The notes under the pieces are model-generated. The model was not told the origin of the DNA, searched no databases, and saw only the letters and a list, made by a program, of their open reading frames with translations. This document shows positions 56,785 through 64,000 of a stretch of 64,000 bases of DNA, in pieces. Origin of the DNA: a virus. The first letter of the stretch is position 1; each line of letters starts with the position of its first letter. Position numbers and translations under genes: made by a program. The stretch is taken from the IMG/VR virus record IMGVR_UViG_3300033145_002663, positions 28,470-92,469 of that record. The stretch is one strand, 5' to 3'.

Positions 56785-58200
56785 ATGAATATATTAGATG
56801 TTATTACAGCGCCTTGGGCAATAATGCCTGATAAGCTTTATGAAATTCAGGAGATTTATCTCAAGCATTCCCGTGGAGAAAAGATCGATCTCGATGCAAT
56901 CGAGGCCAGGATTGGAAAACCTCTTCAGAATGAAACCACCCCCTACCAGATTGTTAATAATGACATCGCAATTATCCCCATCCACGGCGTGATAGCCAAG
57001 CGTGCCAATTTATTCACAAGGGTTTCAGGAGGTGTGTCGACAGAGCTTGCCATGCAGGATATCGGGCAGGCATTAGACGATTCCGACATTAAAGCCATCG
57101 TGCTGCATATCGATGGACCCGGCGGAGCTGTTGACGGAACTTTGGAGTTGGCCGAGTTTATTTTTGAAGGGCGGGATAAAAAACGAATCGTTGCTTATTC
57201 TGATGGACTGATGGCGTCCGCTGCGTATTGGATCGGCGCCGCCGCTCATGAAGTTTATATCTCCAGCGATACGGTTCAGGTCGGATCGATCGGTGTTATT
57301 GCCAAGCATGTAGATTATTCCGAGGCTGAGAAAAAGGCCGGCATTAAAACCACGGAAATTTATTCCGGCAAGTATAAACGTATTGCTTCTCAATATAAGC
57401 CACTCTCAAAAGAAGGCTATGAAAATATTAAGGGTATGACGGATTATTTGTATTCCGTAATGGTGGACAGTGTTGCCAAGTACCGGGGAGTTTCTTCCGA
57501 GGAAGTGCTTCAGAATATGGCGGACGGCAGAGTGTTTATCGGGAAACAAGGCATTGCCGCCGGTCTGGTGGATGAAATTTCCACGCTTGACAATCTAACC
57601 GGCACAATCCTGCCAGCGCAGGTTCAAAATAAAGTTATCACCGTAAAAAAGGAGGTTAAGTCTATGGATCTTACAAAATTAAAAGCGGATCACCCGGATT
57701 TGGTGAAACAAATTCAGGCTGATACACGGACCGATGTGACTGCGGAATTCGATCAGGAGCGAAGTCAACTCCAATCGGAAAACGAGTCATTGAAAACCGA
57801 AAATCAAACTCTTGCCGCAACCAACGATGAACTTGGCAAAGAGAACAAAGAAATTGGCAAACGCATGGTTGCCCTGGAACAAAAAGACATCTCCAGGGAT
57901 CGCCGGGATGCTCAGGACGATGCGGATGATATTTTTAACAGCGCTCTGTCCGACAGCAAAATTCCGGAAAAGCATTATGCCCGTGTCAGGCGGGGGGTTG
58001 CGTTCGATGATTTTTACAAAGATGACAAGTTTGATAAGCAGGGTTACGCCGATGCCGTCAAGGCAGAGATCGAGGACTGGGAAAAAGATATCGAGCCCCA
58101 GGTGGCCGGTGCCGGGTTCCCCGAAAAGACGGCCGAGGGTGGTGTCGATACGGTTGAGGAAGATGAGATGGTCGATGAACTTGTCGGCATGGTCGAATAA
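56785..58200 (+). CDS. S49 (SppA-like) head maturation protease with C-terminal scaffold
   Basis: IDGPGG, MASAAYWIG, VGSIGV, GKYK; coiled-coil tail. Confidence 0.93.
   Translation: MNILDVITAPWAIMPDKLYEIQEIYLKHSRGEKIDLDAIEARIGKPLQNETTPYQIVNNDIAIIPIHGVIAKRANLFTRVSGGVSTELAMQDIGQALDDSDIKAIVLHIDGPGGAVDGTLELAEFIFEGRDKKRIVAYSDGLMASAAYWIGAAAHEVYISSDTVQVGSIGVIAKHVDYSEAEKKAGIKTTEIYSGKYKRIASQYKPLSKEGYENIKGMTDYLYSVMVDSVAKYRGVSSEEVLQNMADGRVFIGKQGIAAGLVDEISTLDNLTGTILPAQVQNKVITVKKEVKSMDLTKLKADHPDLVKQIQADTRTDVTAEFDQERSQLQSENESLKTENQTLAATNDELGKENKEIGKRMVALEQKDISRDRRDAQDDADDIFNSALSDSKIPEKHYARVRRGVAFDDFYKDDKFDKQGYADAVKAEIEDWEKDIEPQVAGAGFPEKTAEGGVDTVEEDEMVDELVGMVE
57664..58200 (+). CDS. Nested in-frame scaffolding protein (lambda Nu3-like)
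   Basis: AAGGAGGT SD before in-frame ATG; MDLTKLKADHPDLV. Confidence 0.65.
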   Translation: MDLTKLKADHPDLVKQIQADTRTDVTAEFDQERSQLQSENESLKTENQTLAATNDELGKENKEIGKRMVALEQKDISRDRRDAQDDADDIFNSALSDSKIPEKHYARVRRGVAFDDFYKDDKFDKQGYADAVKAEIEDWEKDIEPQVAGAGFPEKTAEGGVDTVEEDEMVDELVGMVE

Positions 58201-58237
58201 AAAAGTCGGCAGGTGAAATAAAATAAGGAGGTGCAAA

Positions 58238-58918
58238 ATGGGTTTAAGTGACACTCCTCAAATGTTGAGGGGATACCAGGATGATCCAAAGCGTGTGTTT
58301 TACAGTGATATTGAGAAGGCGCTGATGCGAGAAGTTACTATCGTCGGTGGTTATGGTGTTTTGCCGCCCGGCACTGTGCTGGCTGAAATATCTGAGAGCA
58401 CCAATCGCGTGAGTCGGGTTGTGCCGTACGCGCTCGAAGATCCTTCGGACGATGATTATACTTTTTACGGCGCAAAAATACTGGCCGATGGAGCTGATGA
58501 TACCAGTGTGTATGTCACCCAGGACGACAGTTATAAGTTCGCCGTGGGTGATCATCTGCTTGCGGTGGATAGTGATACCACCCCCGAGGATCTGGGTGCA
58601 ATTACTGCAATTGATCGAACCACATACACTCAGATGGCTCTTATTACCGTCACCAACAGTATTTCTTCAAGCATTACGATTGCTAAGCATGGTGCGGTGG
58701 CTATCCAAACCACAATGGCCACTCCGTGGACTAAGGCAGTGGGTTTTCTGTTTGGCGGTGTGGATACCGGTATCGGAGAAAATTACGCCGAGGGTGGTCA
58801 GGGCGTGATGGTTCTGTCCAATGCTATGATTTATAGCGGCATGGTCAAAAATTACGATTCTGAAGCACAGACCGACCTTGGAAGCAGCACGTCCGGTCAG
58901 TTTATTATCTTGAAGTAG
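58238..58918 (+). CDS. Head decoration protein with inserted domain
   Basis: VTI..G.GVL.PGTVLA, AVG.L; position between protease and capsid. Confidence 0.7.
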   Translation: MGLSDTPQMLRGYQDDPKRVFYSDIEKALMREVTIVGGYGVLPPGTVLAEISESTNRVSRVVPYALEDPSDDDYTFYGAKILADGADDTSVYVTQDDSYKFAVGDHLLAVDSDTTPEDLGAITAIDRTTYTQMALITVTNSISSSITIAKHGAVAIQTTMATPWTKAVGFLFGGVDTGIGENYAEGGQGVMVLSNAMIYSGMVKNYDSEAQTDLGSSTSGQFIILK

Positions 58919-58974
58919 ATTGTGTCCGCCAAGACAAGGATGGTTTTTAATAGCAACTTTATGGAGGTAGAAAA

Positions 58975-60186
58975 ATGCGAGATATTCCAGCCCTTAAATT
59001 AACCACTTTGACCAAGCTGATTCAAAAGTTTATGGCGAGCCCGAAATTGCTCCTCATGAAACTTTTTGGAGAAGATAATTGGCCGAGTGATGAAATTGAG
59101 TGGGAGGCCCAGGTTGGAGACAGGGGCCTGACTCCGTTTTCAAACGAGGACGCAGAGTCACCCAGACTGGCGCCGCTTGGCATTTCCAGCCACAGAGCTA
59201 TGGCAGCGTTCTGGAAAGAAAAGATGTATTTTGGGTCGTCTTTTTTGAATAATATTCGACAACCCGGAACCAAGCAGACATATTATGCGGCCAAGAAGTT
59301 TCTGGCGCAACAGATGAAAATGCTTCGAAACCGGTGCGATCGTCGGAAAGAATGGATGTTTGCCCAGATGCTTACCGGGGGATCGATGTCTTACCAGGAT
59401 CCTAACGGTAAATACATCTCCGTGGATTACGGTGTTCCTTCGGATCATTTTGAGTCTTTGCTTGCGGCCCAGAAATGGGATCAGGACACATCCGATATTG
59501 TATCAAATATCATGGATGCCAAACTGTTCATGGAGAACGCGAACAGCTCCGAGCTTGACTATGCCATTTTTACCACTGAGATTTTGAATGTCATGGTGAA
59601 AAACCCCACGATTCAAACCTTGCTGGGTAAATCTCAGTATGGCCAGGGTGATTTGTTTGCGCGCCCGCTTCAGGTGCTTGGCGATCTTTTGAATATTCCG
59701 AACATGATTCTGTACAACCAGATGTACCAGATTCGAGGCTGGTTGACAGCGGCTCTTGCCGCCGGCGCCGGTCCGCATACGATTTACGTGGACGATGCTA
59801 CGGACTTTGTGGTGGGTTCGACCGTTTATGCCCGGGATATTACGGCCAATACCAAGGAGGATCTGACGGTTACCGCCACTGATCCCGTCGCCGGCACTGT
59901 AACGGCAACCGGCACACTGGCGAGTGCTTACAAGGCCGGCGAAGACTGCGTGACCATGACCCGCAAGTTTATTCCCACAACCAAATTCTGCATGTTTTCT
60001 TCAGTGGTTGAAGGGCAGAAAATTGCGGAGTTTGCAAAGTCGCCGTTCGGTTTGGACAGGCACTATGGCATGAAGCTGGATCGCTGGGAGAAGAAAGATC
60101 CCGATGGTGTTTTCGTAAGGGTGGAAAACAAGGGTCTGCCCGTTCTGTATTTTGAAGACAGCATCTTCGTTTACACGGTCCTATAA
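58975..60186 (+). CDS. Major capsid protein (lambda gpE family)
   Basis: RRKEWMFAQMLTGG, VDYGVP, KW, KDPDG.FV..E..GLPVL. Confidence 0.9.
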   Translation: MRDIPALKLTTLTKLIQKFMASPKLLLMKLFGEDNWPSDEIEWEAQVGDRGLTPFSNEDAESPRLAPLGISSHRAMAAFWKEKMYFGSSFLNNIRQPGTKQTYYAAKKFLAQQMKMLRNRCDRRKEWMFAQMLTGGSMSYQDPNGKYISVDYGVPSDHFESLLAAQKWDQDTSDIVSNIMDAKLFMENANSSELDYAIFTTEILNVMVKNPTIQTLLGKSQYGQGDLFARPLQVLGDLLNIPNMILYNQMYQIRGWLTAALAAGAGPHTIYVDDATDFVVGSTVYARDITANTKEDLTVTATDPVAGTVTATGTLASAYKAGEDCVTMTRKFIPTTKFCMFSSVVEGQKIAEFAKSPFGLDRHYGMKLDRWEKKDPDGVFVRVENKGLPVLYFEDSIFVYTVL

Positions 60187-60198
60187 GGGAGGTGTTCA

Positions 60199-60759
60199 AT
60201 GTCTTTAAATAAAATAAAAGGTCCTTGGCCGAGCATTAAAACCAAAAAGTTGGCTGAAAACCTGCAGGCAACGATTGGGCTGCCGGTTGCCCTTCGGTTG
60301 GAAACCGGTGCTGCGATCTCAGCATATTCCGGTGAGCATACAGACGGCTTTCAACAGCAGAGCAGTAAAGAACTCATGTTGCGCTGGAATAATGCCGGAA
60401 CAAGCCATACCAAAATGGCGGCTGTGTTTATGTTGCCGGACGATCTGGATACTACCGAAGATTTAACCGTGCATTTTCTGGCCGCGACAAGCGGTGAGAA
60501 CGACACTCCGACAATGCAGGTTGAGGCGTATATTGTTGGTGTGGGTAGTCTGCCCGCGGCCGATTCTAACTGCGGCGGATATTCCAGTGGCGAATCAACC
60601 TCAAGCGGTCTTTACGTTGATCATACATTCACGATCGATGCGGATGATTTGATTTCCGGTGAAGCGGCATTAACAGTGATTTTCAATCCGGTAAGCGGTG
60701 AGCTGGTGACGGATGATCTCATTTCCAGTCCGCCCTGGATCACGTTTATCAGGGAGTAA
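60199..60759 (+). CDS. Putative virion jelly-roll protein
   Basis: LPDDLDT..DLTVHF; position after capsid. Confidence 0.55.
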   Translation: MSLNKIKGPWPSIKTKKLAENLQATIGLPVALRLETGAAISAYSGEHTDGFQQQSSKELMLRWNNAGTSHTKMAAVFMLPDDLDTTEDLTVHFLAATSGENDTPTMQVEAYIVGVGSLPAADSNCGGYSSGESTSSGLYVDHTFTIDADDLISGEAALTVIFNPVSGELVTDDLISSPPWITFIRE

Positions 60760-60781
60760 TCAATCATGAAGGGATTAAATC

Positions 60782-61192
60782 ATGAAAGTAACAACGACGT
60801 GCAATCTAAAAGGCAAAACACGAACCTGGCGGAAAGGGACTGAAATTGAAGAGCCCTTTCCGCCGGATATTGCTGAAGAAATTAAAGCTGTCCAGGAAGG
60901 TCGGTCTGATGCTTTGACAGTTGTAATTTTAGACAAAGCTATTACTGAATCCAATATAGCGATTGATGGTTTAATAAAAGCAATTGATCCTGGCTTACGG
61001 GGCAGTGCGGTAGGTACCGCTCTTAGGCAAACATTAAATGACAGGGCAATTTTATTTCGCAAGTTTGATCGCCCGGTATTGAATTGTTATGGCTGTGCCC
61101 CTAAGCAGATCGAGTACCAGTCATCCCCATGGTTTTTTAATCAGGCCGGCGCGAAGAAAAAACGTCAATTGTTGCTCAGGAAGTTTAAATAA
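60782..61192 (+). CDS. Hypothetical protein
   Basis: ORF in late operon. Confidence 0.55.
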   Translation: MKVTTTCNLKGKTRTWRKGTEIEEPFPPDIAEEIKAVQEGRSDALTVVILDKAITESNIAIDGLIKAIDPGLRGSAVGTALRQTLNDRAILFRKFDRPVLNCYGCAPKQIEYQSSPWFFNQAGAKKKRQLLLRKFK

Positions 61193-61626
61193 TGACAAAA
61201 AAAGAATTGGCAGCATTAATTTTTGGCGATAGCAGCATCGGCAGTTATTTGGGTGTCTCGGAAGTTTTAGAGTGCTGCGACGAAGCCATGGGTGATACGG
61301 GATGGTCGTTTCCCGTATCCGGCACCTTCAAAGAGCATTGGTCAAAACAGCGATGCAAGCGTCATTGTTATTTTCGATTGTGGACGGAATCTGCCCGCAA
61401 GTTCAAGGTCGAGCAGCTTCATTTAGGAGATCGGTTCAATCATTACGGTAAAGTCATTGAGTTGATGGATATCCGTTTTGAGAAAATCATGGAGGATTGC
61501 CCGGAAGAATTCTCAGGAGTTGATACCTACAAGATGTTCGGAACGGTTGTAAGGCCCGGCATACAATATGATATCGCCGGCAATGATATCACTGACTATA
61601 CGGATTATTCGGATTTTCACGAATGA
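61192..61626 (+). CDS. Putative head-tail adaptor
   Basis: Size and synteny. Confidence 0.55.
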   Translation: MTKKELAALIFGDSSIGSYLGVSEVLECCDEAMGDTGWSFPVSGTFKEHWSKQRCKRHCYFRLWTESARKFKVEQLHLGDRFNHYGKVIELMDIRFEKIMEDCPEEFSGVDTYKMFGTVVRPGIQYDIAGNDITDYTDYSDFHE

Positions 61627-62228
61627 CACTTGGCGCTGACATAAAAGAAGTTCTTGCTGATGTTGGTATATCCATCACGATTCTGAGGGATGCCGGCAAT
61701 ATTACCGGTGAGTATATTTATGGCAAAATTAATAAACAAGTCACAAAGCCTTTTATTCGTGAATTCTTCATGGAGGCCTGGCTTGCCAGCGATTCGCAGG
61801 CAGTCGGCGGGGATGTGGTTCAATTATCCGACGGTAGAATTTGTATCGTCATGAACAAGACTCCGAGCATGTTCGAAGATGCGATCTATCGATACGACTC
61901 GGTTCTTTATAAGTGCAATACCGTTGCAACATTGCAGCGGCCCACGGAAACGAGAGTTAACTATACGATTACAACCACGTTTCCGACGATTCAAGAAACC
62001 GTGAACGCGTTAATTACTGAGTCCTTGTACGGAAATGAGCTGGACACGGATGAGGAGTTGGCGCTTTTAGGAATATCATCTGAGGACTGTTATGTTTCAA
62101 GCTCGGTTGGGGTAGAGTGCCAGGACCGGTTTTGGATTTCAGACTCGGAATATTATCAGGTGGAAGTAGTAAGAACCAGAAGGTTCGATGGTGTGGATTT
62201 AATTGTCCTGGGTGAAGATACCCGGTAA
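61623..62228 (+). CDS. Putative head closure protein
   Basis: Synteny; duplicated beta-barrel-like halves (GDVV..., DRF...YQV). Confidence 0.55.
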   Translation: MTLGADIKEVLADVGISITILRDAGNITGEYIYGKINKQVTKPFIREFFMEAWLASDSQAVGGDVVQLSDGRICIVMNKTPSMFEDAIYRYDSVLYKCNTVATLQRPTETRVNYTITTTFPTIQETVNALITESLYGNELDTDEELALLGISSEDCYVSSSVGVECQDRFWISDSEYYQVEVVRTRRFDGVDLIVLGEDTR

Positions 62229-62288
62229 CTTGAGAACCTTTTTGTTAAGGATAGAGCGTTCTTAACATAATCACATAGGTGAAAATAA

Positions 62289-64000
62289 ATGAAGAAAGTT
62301 TTATTCGTAGGGCTGAATCCCTTTGCGACGGCGGGTAACTCCGCTATGATGTCCGCAATTTTAGATCAACTGGACAAGACCCGTTATTCCGCGTCATGCT
62401 TTGCGTCAGATCCCCCAACGGTTGAATGGTCCGCACTGCTTTATAATCCTTTGCCGTATTCTATTATTCCCGCTTTCGACGGAGCGCAACCCCAGAGTCA
62501 TTCCAGATTATACCAGGTCATTATGCACGGGTGTCACGACGCCGTTGTGTTTGTGGGCATGGATATTTGGGAGTACATAGACGTGCTTCAAAAGTTGGCG
62601 GAGACTCGCAATAAGCCGTTTAAAATTGCCGCGATATTCCCGTATGACCTTCAGATGGTTCGTGAAGACTGGGTTGACTGGAGCAATAAATTATTAGATT
62701 TCCCCTGCGTGTATTCTCAGTACGGGCATGACATGCTTAAAGATTCCGTACCCGCAATTCGATACTTTCGGCCACCTCTTAAAAGCTCTGATGTCTGGCA
62801 ACCGGCAGACGAAAAAACTCGTCTTAAAATTCGCAGGAAACTATACCCGACGCTTAAACCTGACGATTTGGTGATGGGATGCGTTGCGGCCAATCAGAAA
62901 AGGAAAGATCTGCAGGGACTCATTAAAGCGTTTTCAATCGCTCATAAAGAATGTCCCAACTTGCACTTATTTTTACAAACCAATTTTAACAGTGAATACA
63001 ACCTGGTTCAAGCGGTGAAAGACTACGGCCTGCTTCCGACATCTATTTTGAAAAAGCCGGATAATCATAAATATATGTTTGAATCAATGCCCAAGCTTTA
63101 TAACTCTTTTGATTTTCTTGTTAATTGCAGCCTGCAGGAAGGGCTTTCGTGGACGCCGTTAGAGGCCATGCTGTGCGGTGTTCCGGTGATTGCGTCCGAC
63201 TCGACGGCTCACAAGGAACTTATCGGGGATGCCGGACTTTTAGTTCCATGTAACCAAGACACCTTGCTGAAAACCGTAACCGAAAGCGGGCCGGCCTATG
63301 TTGACGCAAAAAAATGCGACCCGAAAGATACTGCGGAAGCGATTGTCTCCATGGCTCATGATGGTGAATTGAGACAGGCTTGCGCGGAATGGTGCCTGGA
63401 AAAAGCACGTGACTGGCTGGATGGAGTCAGTAACATTAACGATCTTGTTCGGGACATGCTGAAGCCGTCAAGGCCAATTACTGTCAGAGCTGCTGAAAAT
63501 GCGGTTCTTTTTGCGCAGTACTCGTCTGCCGGCGATGTATTGATGACCACCCGATGTTTTAAAGGGATTAAGGAACGGTATGGCTTGCCCCTGCATTATA
63601 TGACGTCCGAGCAGTATATGGATATCGTTACGAACAATCCTTATATCGACAAGGTTATTCCATGGGAAAACAGTGCCGGGAAGGATTATCGGTTTGTTGT
63701 CAATCCCCATGGCGAGAGAATTGCGCCGGGGCATTGGGGGAGGAACTCGAATTCCATACTGTCCGATTTTTACTGGAAGATTTTGGATGTTGAACCGGAT
63801 GATTTCTTTATTGAGCTGAAGCAGCCGGATCGGATTAAAGAGCAGGACGGTGCTCTCACTTTTTTTGAAGAGGATTTCGGTCTTCTCCGTCCATTCGTGA
63901 GATCTCCAGGTCCCTTTTGTATTTTGCATACCACCGGCGGGGATCCTCGTTTTAGAACCTATAAATTCATGAAGGATGTTCATGAAGGCTTGAGGGATAG
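62289..64000 (+). CDS. GT4 glycosyltransferase fused to GT9 (heptosyltransferase-like) domain; truncated by window, absent from ORF track
   Basis: Hand translation: NQKRKDL, SLQEGLSWTPLEAMLCGVPVIASD, then SSAGDVLMTT...NNPYIDKVI. Confidence 0.88.
   Translation, partial: MKKVLFVGLNPFATAGNSAMMSAILDQLDKTRYSASCFASDPPTVEWSALLYNPLPYSIIPAFDGAQPQSHSRLYQVIMHGCHDAVVFVGMDIWEYIDVLQKLAETRNKPFKIAAIFPYDLQMVREDWVDWSNKLLDFPCVYSQYGHDMLKDSVPAIRYFRPPLKSSDVWQPADEKTRLKIRRKLYPTLKPDDLVMGCVAANQKRKDLQGLIKAFSIAHKECPNLHLFLQTNFNSEYNLVQAVKDYGLLPTSILKKPDNHKYMFESMPKLYNSFDFLVNCSLQEGLSWTPLEAMLCGVPVIASDSTAHKELIGDAGLLVPCNQDTLLKTVTESGPAYVDAKKCDPKDTAEAIVSMAHDGELRQACAEWCLEKARDWLDGVSNINDLVRDMLKPSRPITVRAAENAVLFAQYSSAGDVLMTTRCFKGIKERYGLPLHYMTSEQYMDIVTNNPYIDKVIPWENSAGKDYRFVVNPHGERIAPGHWGRNSNSILSDFYWKILDVEPDDFFIELKQPDRIKEQDGALTFFEEDFGLLRPFVRSPGPFCILHTTGGDPRFRTYKFMKDVHEGLRD

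Larger units (their letters stand above)
1..64000. mobile_element. Temperate Caudoviricetes phage or prophage (partial; no host genes or att sites seen)
   Basis: Integrase, divergent cI/cro pair, replication module, terminase, portal, protease, capsid and neck genes in phage-like modular order. Confidence 0.97.

Noticed and set aside
60985-61035. Tape-measure-like motif GLRGSAVGTALRQ
   Set aside because: Too short to support a call
1-64000. tRNA or rRNA genes, attL/attR, genome-wide stop-codon recoding
   Set aside because: No cloverleaf or att duplication recognised; TGA, TAG and TAA all end ordinary genes

Overview
The whole window is part of the genome of a temperate tailed dsDNA phage or prophage. 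A deltaproteobacterial (Desulfobacterota-like) host is inferred only from protein style. Layout: (i) 1-7.1 kb, leftward genes with a tyrosine integrase, GIY-YIG protein, patatin, a small PAS-like protein and a cI-like repressor; (ii) 7.1-15.7 kb, rightward cro and replication module (SNF2 helicase, RepB-type primase, UvrD helicase, frameshifted DEDDh exonuclease, VRR-NUC); (iii) 15.7-38 kb, a 22-kb leftward accessory arm with a second tyrosine recombinase, DNA ligase, RNase HI, adenine MTase, MoxR-AAA/VWA pair, a near-complete PRTRC ubiquitin-like cassette, beta-clamp homologue, deleted RadC and ParB; (iv) 36-41.5 kb, a control region with an ori-like inverted-repeat block, a hairpin-rich ~650-nt non-coding leader, palindrome arrays, an AT-rich ECF-sigma gene and a CTGCT microsatellite; (v) 41.5-64 kb, rightward packaging, lysis and head genes (TerS, M15 endolysin, TerL, portal, S49 protease/scaffold, decoration, major capsid, neck). 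The head operon is interrupted by signal-peptide-bearing genes and ends in a GT4-GT9 glycosyltransferase fusion that runs off the window. Top leads: the candidate structured RNA with a covarying tandem module, a candidate selenocysteine UGA with a SECIS-like hairpin, the phage-borne PRTRC system, the array-flanked sigma island and the exported-protein cassette in the head operon. All calls come from reading motifs by eye; no database searches were run.
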